This document shows, in pieces, positions 10,038-22,206 of a stretch of DNA of 64,000 nucleotides (positions within the stretch are counted from its first letter, which is position 1; each line of letters begins with the position of its first letter). Source of the stretch: Curvularia clavata (Eukaryota). The stretch spans positions 1,302,001 to 1,366,000 of the forward strand of contig CP089277.1 of assembly GCA_023920165.1 (NCBI GenBank), given 5' to 3'. The position numbers and the translations under genes are program-made. A model generated the notes under the pieces. The model did no database searches, was not told the origin of the DNA, and worked only from the letters and a program-made list of their open reading frames with translations.

Positions 10038-12720
10038 ATGCTTCCTTTCCTTGCTAGGAGAGGTGCGTCGCTTAAATCGTCCAACCCGCAAGATTCGCCG
10101 CTCTTCTCCCTGGTACTACAACCCGTCCAGGTGCACTTGCCTCACACTTGTCTGTTCCTGACGCACCCTCGCCGCGCGCGTGCTTCGACCTCACCACCAC
10201 CACTCAAGGCGCAACGCCTCCTGAGCGCCCTACCTATCCCCCAAATATACAGTGGCAATCTCGTCACTCGCCTATACACAACAAGGACCATGTTCAAGCA
10301 AGCAGTACAAGTGCATGATGCCATCGCGTCGCCCTCGCCGTCAAATAGTGCCTGTAAACAAGCATCGCTCGCGAATTCCTTTCACCGAACCGGTTCAACA
10401 CAAACACCGTCCGCGCATTCCTCGGGATATGGAGCGAAACAGAATAACATTGTGGGGTTACCAAAACCATCGGCTTCAAACGCGCAGGGCATCAAGCGGA
10501 CTGCTGCTGGTCTGGCCAAGTCATTGAGTTCACATGACAATGATTTCGAATATCAGTCCGTCAGCATTGGGGACATAGACAAAGAAAACAAACCACCAGC
10601 CGCCTTCAATATGCCTAGCACAGGCTCTGGCATTCTCGAGACTGCATTATTTGACGAAGACGATTTTGACAGTGACGTGGATCTCGACGTAGAGGACCCA
10701 TCGACTAAAGGCACTGTTACATACCCTACATTACCCAGCGTTCCATCCACCAATTCAGGAGACTCTGGATACGATTCAAAGACACGGGCTGCAGACACCA
10801 AGCCGGAATTGGACAGCAGCCAACCGATACCATGGTCATCATCTCCTGTAGAACATTTTAGGACGCCCAAGAAGTCCGAACCCTTGAGGGTAAAGCGAAG
10901 GACACTACCCTGGCAGCAGTCTCAGCAGACACAGCCCTTGCAAGAGGATGATGAGATTGAGCCACCCAAGAAGAGGCAATCCACAGAACCTGAAAAAACA
11001 GTGTCTACTCCAGCACCAAAGGCATCGACTTCACAATACCTCTGGAACACAACAGCTAGTGGTTTGAAACAACAACAGAAAGCGTTCAGGGAGAACATGA
11101 AAGCACAGACAAAGTCGAATCCAGGGACTGATGATGATGTGGCGAAGGAAGCTATCAAAAAGAAGAAGAGCAACGCAGTAGCCCGCATATTCCTCAGTGA
11201 AGAGCAACAAAACGTTCTGAAGCTTGTAGTGGACTACAAAAAGAGCGTCTTCTTCACTGGTTCGGCAGGTATGTGCAAAAAGGGCGGCTATTATATGATC
11301 CAAGGTTCTAACTGCAACAGGTACTGGTAAATCGGTCTTGCTTCGTGAAATCATAACGGGGTTACGACAGAAATTTGCCCGTGAGCCTGATCGAGTCGCA
11401 GTCACAGCATCAACTGGTCTGGCAGCGTGCAACATTGGGGGTGTAACTCTGCATAGCTTTGCGGGCATTGGGCTTGGTAAAGAGCCAGTTGAGGATCTTG
11501 TCAAGAAGATCCGACGAAACCAAAAAGCAAAGCAGCGATGGCTGCGCACAAAAGTGCTCATCATGGATGAAGTTTCCATGGTAGATGGCGACTTGTTCGA
11601 CAAGTTGGAATCAATCGCACGGACAATCCGCAACAACGGCAGGCCATTTGGCGGCATTCAACTTGTCATCACAGGCGATTTCTTTCAATTACCTCCGGTA
11701 CCAGAGTTCGGGAAGCCGGCCAAATTTGCGTTTGACGCAGGGACTTGGACTACAAGCATCGAACATACGATTGGCCTGACTCATGTCTTCCGTCAAAAGG
11801 ACCCAGTCTTTGCCGGAATGCTCAATGAAATGCGAGAGGGTCGTTTAACACAAGAGTCGATAGCTCGTTTCAGGCAGCTGGAACGTCCGCTTACGATGGA
11901 CGACCAGGCCGTCGAGGCAACTGAACTATTCCCTACACGCCAGGAAGTTGATCGCGCCAATGCTACACGGATGCAACAACTACATGGAAATACGTTTACG
12001 TTCGAAGCTCGAGACGGTGGTACTATCACCAACAAGGAACAACGAGACAGGCTTCTCCAAAGTTGCATGGTTCCAGAACAAATACATCTCAAGAAGGGTG
12101 CGCAAGTTATGTTGGTCAAAAACATGGATGAGACGCTAGTCAACGGTTCACTCGGCAAGATAACAGGTTTTATGACCGAGCAAATGTTTAATCTCTACAG
12201 GGAGGACGAGGATGCTTTCCTCGCAAACGGGCCTTCAGACGCTGCTCTGAAGACAGAGATGGCCAAGAGCACGCTCGGCCTCAACACCAACCAAATCTAC
12301 CCTGTGGTACGATTTGCTATTGCAGACGGCACGACGCGCGATCTATTGTGCAAACGCGAAGATTGGAAGATCGAATTGCCCAACGGAGAAGTGCAAGCAT
12401 CGCGTTCGCAAATTCCACTTATCCTTGCCTGGGCTCTATCCATCCACAAGGCCCAAGGTCAAACTCTCGAACGCGTCCGTGTCGATCTTGGTCGCGTCTT
12501 CGAAAAGGGTCAAGCTTACGTCGCGCTTTCTCGTGCAACCAGCATGGCCGGTCTCCAGATTCTGCGCTTCGATCCAAAGAAGGTGATTGCCCACGAGAAG
12601 GTGCGGTCGTTCTATAGCAGCCTGAGTAGCGCTGAGCAAGTCGAGGGCAAGGCAAAGAGTAAAACTATACTTGGAAAGATGCAAGCCGCGAAGGCAAAGA
12701 GGGCGGCTAATGACGGTTAG
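10038..12720 (+). CDS. pif1: Pif1-family 5'-3' DNA helicase; exons 10038(or 10290)-11268, 11321-12720; 876 aa from the first ATG, 792 aa from the second
   Basis: Walker A GSAG|TGKS is restored by splicing. Also present: DEVSM, GDFFQLPPV, FRQKD, AWALSIHKAQGQTL and GQAYVALSRA. Confidence 0.95.
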
Positions 12721-13411
12721 AATAGGAGCGAGTATATACACGTTGGCCACCTGCATATTTGCATTAGTGGTGTTTACAGAACTCAATATGAGGCATTCAT
12801 GATTGATATACGCATGAGCTGACTGTCAAGACAACAAAGTCGGCTTATATGAAACACAATATACAATACCCTACTTTTCCATTTTTCCATTTTTTCGCAG
12901 GTTGCGAGTGCTTCCCTGTTCATTTCGGGCAACTTTTCTATGGTGGCTCCTTGTTTCATGTCGTATGTTTATAGACATGGCTTTTGGGAACAAGCGCAAG
13001 GAAAGTGTTGTGGTTCTGACAATGTCGAATGCCTTGACGCCCATGATAAGACGAACATGTGAAATCCGCAAGAAACATTTCAGAGTTCACATGGCGAAAT
13101 CAGAGTGGTAAAACACATACATTTCGTATACAAGCGCAGAATGAAATTGATGAGACCCTAGAATACACGCCGTCAAATGGATTGCCAAATGCACGCCAAC
13201 CTGCGCCATTATTTACCGCCTGCTCGCTCCCTTCTCTTAGAAGCATTCTTTCTCCGTTCTTTCAAAAAGATACATATAGCAGCACGTCGCAAACATACAC
13301 TGTATGCGTCATGCATGTAGAACATTGTCGTACTTGATGTATCGATGCTGATGCTTGTCTCTTGCAGATGAATGTTGTCGTATCACGTCTGCAATCATAG
13401 TGTGTGATCGT

Positions 13412-14310
13412 TTAGCAAACATCCTCGCCGCCAGCCCTGGAGTTCATGAGCAGGGCAACAATGAGTCCGTAAAGACCTGTGGCGCGCGTTAGTTATTTGA
13501 TTTCATACAGGCTCTGATGGAGATGGACATACCCAGAACTTCGGCGAAAATGAGAATCAGGATCATTCCGACGAACAACCTGGGCTGCTGGGCAGTTCCT
13601 CGTACACCAGCGTCACCGACAATACCGATGGCAAAACCAGCAGCCATACCAGACAGACCAACAGCAAGACCAGCTCCGAGCTGAACGAAGTTGGAGAACA
13701 GCGAGGAGTTCTGCTTCAGGTTGTTGGAGATAAGCACGGACACGACGAGACCGTAGATACCAATGATACCAGCCATGACAACGGGAATAATGTCTGAGTA
13801 ATGCATTAGCCATATTCATGCATTACACAAGTCCGCGATCAGGTTCGCATAGTTGACAACATACTCTTGACGATCAGATCAGGGCGGAGGACACCCATGG
13901 CGGAGACACCAACACCGGCCTTGGCGGTTCCGTAGGCGGCGCCGAAGCACGCGAAGACGATGGCTGACGTGCAGCCCATCGCACCGAAGAAGGGCTATGA
14001 ATCATTAGCCCGGGTCCTGGAATATGTTCGCGATAGCCGTCGCATCGTATCATGATGATGAAGCAGGACCGTCGCGGATCGGGTCGCGTCCGTCGGGAGG
14101 CGAAGCGGAGGTTGGTACTCGAGTACTTACAGCATAGGCAGGGCTGTAGAAGCTTCGTTAGCTCAAGTTCTTCTGATTTATCACAACGGGAGCTTTTCCG
14201 CTTTGCTGATGACAAGAATAGCTCCAGTTCATGCGCGAGAGGCAAGCTGCAAGCTGCCTGCATCATAGACAAAGGAGCTCCGTTAGGACTCACCAGAGTT
14301 CGGACGACAT
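13412..14310 (-). CDS. vma3: V-ATPase 16-kDa proteolipid subunit c, 161 aa; exons 14310-14294, 14143-14131, 13994-13865, 13793-13533, 13476-13412
   Basis: The spliced product reads [24 protein letters not shown]...[10 protein letters not shown]...[17 protein letters not shown]...[33 protein letters not shown], including the proton-carrying Glu. Contains a 13-nt microexon. Confidence 0.96.
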
Positions 14311-14632
14311 CTTTGCGGTGATGTGAGTGATCGACGAGTCGTCTAGAAGGGCTTGGAGATCTTTGTTGAGATGGACGCGTGCGGTGGTTGCGGCGACGGA
14401 GGCGTTTGTGATGTCGAGGAGTGGTGACGACGGTCGGCGAAGAGCTGTACGCCTGGCACGCTCGCTTGGCGCTATCCTAACCCTGGCATTAGCGCAGCAC
14501 GTGAGACCTGCCAAGGCGGCCATCCATGGGAACTTTTTTGATTTTCTACAAGCTCCAGCTTTTGAACCATCCACCAACTTCACCAATACATATTTTTCCG
14601 GGCGAGCGAGCAGTGTAAGTCGCATTCACACT

Positions 14633-14640
14633 GCGATGAG
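14633..14640 (+). promoter_or_regulatory. PAC-like element (GCGATGAG) in the vma3/snu13 divergent promoter
   Basis: Exact GCGATGAG about 100 bp upstream of the snu13 ATG. PAC marks ribosome-biogenesis genes in yeasts. Confidence 0.4.
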
Positions 14641-14740
14641 TCGCATAAACTAATTGCGCCTAGGAATCCTCCTTCGGACGAGCTTCAGCAGTGAACCCTA
14701 CTTCCAACCTTCTACCACTCTACAAACTACCACTTTCGAA

Positions 14741-15235
14741 ATGGCCGAGGACAACAGCGCCGCATGGCCCCAGGCTGACCAGGCTTTGTCGCAAGAGATT
14801 CTTGATCTCGTCCAGCAGGCGACCCACTACAGGCAACTGAAGAAGGGTGCCAACGAGGCCACCAAGTATGCATACCTGCGCGACTTGAGACGAAAGAAGT
14901 GCGATTGCTAACAATCGGTATTTAGGACCCTCAACCGCGGTATCAGCGAGCTGATCATTCTCGCTGCCGACACCTCTCCTCTTGCCATCCTTCTCCACCT
15001 GCCTCTCCTCTGCGAAGACAAGAACGTACCATACGTCTATGTTCCTTCCAAGATGGCCCTTGGCCGTGCTTGCGGTGTCGCCAGGCCCGTTATTGCTGCC
15101 AGCATCACAACCAACGAAGCCTCTGTAAGCCCTCAAAACATGCTATAGGAAATTTGTACACGTACTAATGAGATACAGGACTTGATGGGCCAAATCCGCA
15201 CCCTCAAGGACAAGGTCGAGCGCCTCCAGATCTAA
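14741..15235 (+). CDS. snu13: Snu13/15.5K (L7Ae family; U4 snRNP and box C/D snoRNP), 126 aa; exons 14741-14865, 14926-15124, 15179-15235
   Basis: AWPQAD...[73 protein letters not shown]. Confidence 0.96.
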
Positions 15236-15652
15236 GCATCCCGAGTACAACCAGATGAGCCAGTTGAACACAAGCTTAGATATATTGGATAGAAGTCTGC
15301 ATATTTGGAAGGTCTATGTAATGGAAAATGCACTGGGGTTTCTGGATGAAATATTGCCGGGTACTCTGTATGTAGACCGAGAATGAAATGTCGAACTTAG
15401 TTCGGCATGGACTCTGCCAAAATGAACGAGAAGGTTGTGGACTATCTCTTTTGCAGTTGTGTACTCTCACAATGTGATTTGTCTCTATGTATGCTCGCGC
15501 CAGACTAATCTATAAGCATATTGGTGCCGCAGAGTCAAGAGCAGTTTGATAGCGAGTTCACAATCAGCATCATTGCAACAAGAAACCATGGGGTATCATT
15601 CAAAGCATTCATCATGATAAGCTCCTTCATCGACTAGCCAAGGTTCGTTTTG

Positions 15653-18423
15653 TTATTGCATCTCAATCTCGACATCCTTCTTCACCTCTGGATTGTGACT
15701 TGGCTTGCGGCTGCGGCTCCGGTTCTCAGCTTGCTTCTCGACGATATTGGCCCCGAGACCAAGACCCGGATCTTCGACTGACTCCTGTTCTGCAACCTGC
15801 ACAGCCGTGCTTCCAGTCTCTGTCTCTGTCTTCTTTCCTGATTCAACAGAAAGTACAACATCAGAACCCTTTGCGGCTTCTTTTGTCTTCTCTGTTGCTC
15901 TTAGATCTGCGCTCAAATCTGAACTTGGTTTAACTGCTTCTCGTGCGATGTCTTCGCTGAGCCTGTTACTGCCGCGTGCTGGGCTCGTTCCTTTGCTCCC
16001 ATTTGCATTTCCAGTGATGCCCAACTTCTCGAAACTTGCCAATACTCCTTGCCTCAAATCTTGTCCGAGCGCAGCGGCAGCATCGAACGGTTTGGGTGTA
16101 CTAGAAGCCCTTGGAGAGCGGTCGCCGACAGCATGTGTAGGTGGAAGGTGAATTGTCGCGCCAGCACCTGTCACTCCCTCCGCGGTCTCAACACCTGTGA
16201 CTATAGGCTCCTGGACCACGGGTGTGCTGGAGCCGCTCCTGTCATTGCTGATATTACTTGTTTGCGGCGTTAAATTAGGAGGCGCTTGGGGACCAAACAC
16301 GTTCATCTCTTCATCAGTGCGACCAAAGCACTCAGCCCACCACCTTGCTTCACCTTTTCGAGGAAAAATCATCCTCTCTTTGCCACGAACAGCATCGTCT
16401 ACTTCTGGGTCGTATCTGGGGTTCATAAACTCGGGTTTTCGGCACAGGAAGTAATCCCACACGCTTCTTGTTCGCTCCTTAGCCCTGGTTTCGACGCGCT
16501 CTTTCTCGTTGTCAAACAAAAAGGTTCCATACTGGCAGGAGTAAAGGTGGTAAAGTAAGCGTCTCAGGAAGCGCTCGTTGAACTCAAATCGGGTTGGATG
16601 TTGGTAATGTAGCTGATAAACACAGTCAAGGAATTGGTGAAAGACAGGCGAGAGCTCGTTGACCTTGGTAATTCGGTGCTCTTCTGCTGCACCGGTCTGC
16701 GCGGGTTTTGATGAAGGGGCATCGGAGAGATCAGGAATATTATCAGGGAGGTTGGTCTCTGGGAGCTGATTAAGTGATTCGTTGGACTCGTTGTGACGAT
16801 TGAAGAGACCTCGTGCACCCCGGAGGGCATTCTCAAAAGCATTGCCGCCCCCTGGGCCATCGTATTTCCGCTCAATCTTCTCGTTTTCGATGGTGAACCA
16901 TTTCTCGTGGCTCAAGAATCCTGATCGGTGCCGAAACATGTGTCCGAAAGAAAGCCAGTCCTTTTCTACAAGAACAATGAAGCCTTCAAGTGTTCTATAG
17001 TACGGGTCCAACAGTATCTGGCTGAGTGCACTCAGCTGACTTGTACGATCCCATCCATCCGAGCAGTGAATCAAGACGTGTGAATGCATGATCCCCACTG
17101 TGCGAGCTATTAATGCAGTACCATCCAGGATATTAGCTATGTGCTTGATCCAGTTGCTCTTAGCTAGCAGCTGCCTGTTTGGTGGAAATGACACTAGATC
17201 TGACTCCTTCAAAGCCTCCACTACCGTATCCAAAGACTTGCGCATAACATGGATATTGTCAATTCCAAGGTATGCCTTCTCTGCACCAGGGTAGTAGTCC
17301 ATTTTCTCTGAGCCTAATCCAACAGCCTGCATGGCATAAGCATTCACTGTCGGTCTAGCGTCGACAATCAAGTTTCGCTGCTGAGCTCCGTACACCTTAG
17401 GTAGATCGGGATCGGTTTCGGATGATCCTGTTAGGTCGTCTACAGTAGTTCTTCCGGTGTCTGCTACCCCTTCCCCTGCTCCAACAAAGGAGCTGTTAGC
17501 ACTAGATTCATTTAGGTTCACAACACTTGTGTCCGGAGTAAACTCTACAGAGCCTGAAGGGGTAGTTGTCGGCCTCCACCCACGATTGGTTGCCCAGATG
17601 GCTGCAACAAGCCGCTCGTCTTGAGGATTTCGGTTTCCACGGAGGCCAGGCGTGGGTTGTGAACTTCGTGTTATGGAGCAGTTGTTAATAGGGTGACGAT
17701 ACACAAGGGCTGGTATGCGTTGCCGCGAGCGGTACTCGCCAGCGTATCGGAGAACGCTGTCTGAGACATTGGTAGGGACGACGATTAGGGCGGGATATGT
17801 CGCGGAGTACTGTGCCATTCGTCAAGAACCGTCCCAGCCGTGGTTAAAGCATGCCAAATACCTTGTATTCTACGTTGATCTCGGATATCCTCCAGCCTTT
17901 CTCAGTGTCTTTTGGACTGATTCCCAAACGCTTCCATTCACGGCGTGCGTCGTAAATGCTCCACCCATCCTGTTTGTCTTCTGGGGGCTTTGGCTGGTAG
18001 CTGAAAGCTAAGAGCTTATCAAGCCTCCCAACCTTGCACGACAAGGCTCGTATGCTCTCGTATACATCACGTGCCTTCTTTTCGTCGGGAAAGAAGAAGG
18101 CAAAGAAGGTGAAGTCTCGGCATCGAATTCGAATCGAGGATTCCTGGCGAAGGACCGGGGGACAAGGTTTAAGAACGCAGTAATTTATCATAGGATATGT
18201 TATCCAGACCTCCTTTTGCCGCGGCGGCTTCGAGTTTGGAGGGGCATCTACAGGAGGGCTGGGAAGGTAGCTGAAGACGAGGTGATGGGGCATGAGATGT
18301 AGCGTGCCGTCAAACCGCGTACCTCTCCGGAGGAGGTATACACCCTCCACCTGCAGTAACTGTTAGGGTTTGCAAGTTCTGGACGACTGAGAAACACACC
18401 TTGCTGATGCGTATCCGGTCCAT
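15653..18423 (-). CDS. ymr1: Myotubularin-family phosphoinositide 3-phosphatase (Ymr1-like), 889 aa; exons 18423-18400, 18350-17862, 17809-15653
   Basis: Active site LIHCSDGWDRTSQ, plus DARP, NIHVMR, EKDWLSFGH and SPVFHQFLDCVYQL. N-terminal PH-GRAM-like region. Confidence 0.93.
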
Positions 18424-19231
18424 GGCTGCAGTGTTGCGCGCGGTGGCCGGCCGGAGAGGTGACTGGGGTATGTGCCCACGATGGTGTGAGTGAGATGAGT
18501 TGCGGGGCTGCGATCGCTACCAAAATGAGGGGTTGTATAACACGGGCATCTAAGAGGGAGCGCAGGCGCAGGCGGAAGGGTCAAGCAGTCAGTGCGGCAG
18601 CTACAGGTGAGTGCGCATGGCCGACATGAGCCTGTCCGCATGTGCCTGCCCTGTCATGCTCACGCCTCGTCCCGCTGCGTCTACTAGTATCTTCTTGGCT
18701 ATCAACGTCATCCGACTACCGCACAAAATGCTCACACGTATAAGCTTATTTTTTTGGCGCCTGTAGCCTCATGACACGAACATGAAGCTATTCGGCGCAG
18801 TGATCTTGGGGTAACAAAAATGTTTACGTCTCTTTAGATTATATGCTTAAGTTGTAAGGCAACAGCGACGAAATCACGTTCATGGGACCGAAGGCTAAAT
18901 CAAAACATACATTTGCTACCATGCTGAAGAAGTTCCAGTCCCGCCTCCCGATCAAGCAGAGCAGGGCAGACATGAAACTACATTGTGCAATCTGATAGGT
19001 CACAGCATATTAGCTTCGCCAGTGAGCTTACCTGTGTCACCTTGAAGAGTCAGGTGTTAGCTGCTAATTATAATACATGTATAAAAGACCCGAAAAACCG
19101 CCTATGCTGCCAAGTGTGCAGGAAGGTTCTGGTGACTATCAGAAATCACCCTACAGCCGACAAGTAGAGAGATGGGACCATCAAAGTACTAATCCAAGAT
19201 CTACGCTGTGGCTGTCGTCATGCTCAAGCGT

Positions 19232-21258
19232 TTAAGCCGGGGGTGGGGGTGGGGGAGGGACATCGCTAGGCGGCGGGGGAGGAGGTGCATCACCCGGAGG
19301 AGGTGGTGGGGGTGGAGCTGCAGCGCCAGGTGGGGGTGGGAGAGGACTGCCAGTAGAGCCGTAGCCCTGATAAAGAGGCATAAGACCAGGTGGAGGGCCA
19401 GAAGGAGGTGGAGGAGCATCGTAGCCTGGAGCACCATAGGCACCGGGAGCACCCATTCCAGCACTCTGGTCATAGCCGTAGCTGCCGTAACCATAGCCAG
19501 CACCAGCTTGAGCAGCTGGGGCACCAGCGGCCCATGGAGCTGCGCCGCTGTTGGCGCCGTAACCTTGATCGTATGACTGGCCAGCGCGACCGCCTCCACT
19601 GGCCCAAGGCGGGGGAGCAGAAGAGTGACTATCGCCACGACCACGGTCGCCATCGTTACGAGCCCAAGGTGCAGAACCGCCAGTAGGACCACGCTCCCAA
19701 GGCTTGAGAGGGCGTTCGCCTCCATGACTGTCGCCACCAGCGGCACCGTTGTTGTATTCGAGCGCGCCACGAGGCTGTCCGCCACCGCCACCAATCTCAG
19801 CCATAAATGCATCCAACTCGTTCGCTGGGGCGCCACCAATTTGTCCTTGATTGCGGTCGCCGTACCGACTGTCGTTGCGCCAGGGCTGTCCGACCTTGCG
19901 ATCGGGACAATCACGAGCCATATGACCAGCTTGGCCACAGGTACGACAGATGATGCTGGCAGTGAAATTCTGCTTCTGGGGGCAGTCGTATTTGCGGTGA
20001 CCAATCTCTCCACAGTTCTGGCAGGCCTGGTTCTCGTCGTCTCGGAGGGTACCGTTGAGGGCGGCGAGCTCGCGGAGTTGGTTGCGCTTGAGTTCGTTCT
20101 GACCTTCGGGGATAGAAGCAGCCTACAAACGGTTAGTATTGCTGCCGGTGTTGAAATAGAGGAAAACTTACAGTCTCAATGACGTTGTGGATAAGTTTCT
20201 TGGCCTTGTTGACCTTCTCTTCCGTATCGGCCATGATTAAGCAGTGCAAGTCTTCTTCTTGATTACTGGTGTGAGCTGCATCCGAACGTCCCTTGCCCTC
20301 CTTTACGGAGCCCTTGCCACGAATGGCAATCTTTGCCTGGGATTCTGTCTCCATCTTTTTCAGCGTGTTGCCACGGGGGCCAATAAGCAATCCAACTGTT
20401 AGTGCAAAAAGCTGCAATTAGTTTATGATCAAAAAATAATGTGTGAGCAAAAGGTTGGGTTAGTGACATAGCTGTACTGCAGGTGCCACTAGATGCGAAC
20501 GAACATCCAGCAGTCTGAGCAGGCTGGTCAAGACAAAGGCTAGGGGAAGGTAAGAAGTCAGAGGGGTTAGTTCCATACTGAAGTTAATTTCCGGGTAATC
20601 ATTGACAGGGACATAGACTTTCTCCTGTGTCTTAGTAGGGCGTCTGTAATCCGCTGGGGGGTGATAGTTAGGGAGCGTTTTCATCGCTTTTTCGACGAGC
20701 TTGTGGCGCTCATCCTCGAGGCGCTTGCGGTAGCGGAACTCGCGGGTGTTGACACGGCGACCGAAGTTATCATACTGGGGCGCAGGTGAGGGTGACCTAT
20801 GCCAGTTAGCCATGAATCGGATGTAGGCAAGCAGCAAACACATACCTGTCACCATCAGCTGGAACAACATCGTTGATCTTCAGCTTTTGGGTGATCTCCT
20901 CGATACGCAAATGCAGAGTGTAGGCGTCGAGTTGTTCAGTAGTCATGGCCGAGTAAATGGCTGTAGGCAAACCCATCAGACCGGCAGCCTTGTTTTCGCT
21001 CGCGTCGCCCCATCGGTTTCGCTTCTTGCGCTGTCGCGGAGCATCAGAGCCTACAGCTCGAACGTTAGCAGGGGGTGTGTAATAACATGGAAGACTGTAC
21101 ATACTGCGCTCAGGGCTGCGACCGCGCTTCAGCTCAGAGAGGCCTTCAGCGGGTGCGGAGGGATTATAGCCACCATCGTCATCACCGCCTCCGATGCGAC
21201 GGCGCGTTCCTAGAGGAATGTTGTTAGATCCGGTGATCCCTTGATTGCGCCAGGACAT
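19232..21258 (-). CDS. msl5: Branch-point binding protein BBP/SF1, 563 aa; exons 21258-21105, 21050-20846, 20796-20579, 20395-20172, 20122-19232
   Basis: [23 protein letters not shown] domain [22 protein letters not shown]2 [19 protein letters not shown]; two CCHC knuckles; Pro-rich tail. Confidence 0.96.
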
Positions 21259-22206
21259 GGTTGCGGCTGTCGGTTGCGGCTGGCGAGAGGTTTGGTGTGT
21301 GAGAGGTGTCGAGAAAGTCGCGGAGGCAAAGCTTTAGGCTAAGCAGGGAGCGCGCTTATCCGTTTTGGGCTATCTCGCGTTTGTAGGCTGACCTCGATAT
21401 GGTACTTTCTTGCATTACACAACGTCCACGTGGCTGCGTATTTTCTATTTCCAATTCACATGCGCATTCACACCGGATTATATTGCCTCGCGCTTTTCGT
21501 CTCTGATATTTCTGCGAATGATCCTTATTCGTAACATCTGGACGCAATCACGTTGAGAAACCACACGAGCCAAAGGACTGGGGCTTCAATCGACAGGCTC
21601 GTGTACTTGTCTAGTATATTTTAGTTGCATTACTTTCTCTCTAGGTCTTATATCGCATTAAAGGCTTTCATGTTGGATACACACCTACAGACACTGGCAC
21701 AAATGTCTACTTACTTCACTTTATTTGGCTTGGGCGGTAAAGCAAAAAAAATCAAAAAAAAATCACAGAGAACATGGCTATTTCTAGTACAAGTACCATC
21801 ATCTTATCAATATGAAAACCGTGTTTTCTGGATACCGCGTTTGTAGGAAACTTGTGTGCAGTCGGTCTCTCCGCTTGTTTTATTGCGTTTTCTAATGCAA
21901 CAGATTGTCCAGTACCGTTGACCGTTAACACTCGCACATTCATGCTTCGTGAAACCGAGAACATATCTTGTTTCTGTCGGCTTCCAATGTGCTCCCAGAA
22001 GACATCATGTTTTAGTGTCACAACATTTCTAAGCAAGTACCAAACTCGTCATAGGCTACCCCTCATTAAACCCCACTTTATCAGCATCACTGCCGCTCGA
22101 CCAAAACCCGCGGCTACACTAGCACGCCATCGACATCACAGCCAAGAGATAAATCCCTCCAACTGTCCCTTCCTTCCATCCTAGTACACTCGTTGCTATC
22201 ACGAAA

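Noticed and set aside
21051..21104. Stop-free 54-nt msl5 intron 1, and the NAGNAG acceptor at 29830-29835 in the TF gene
   Set aside because: Both are common by chance in short fungal introns, with no additional sign of regulation.
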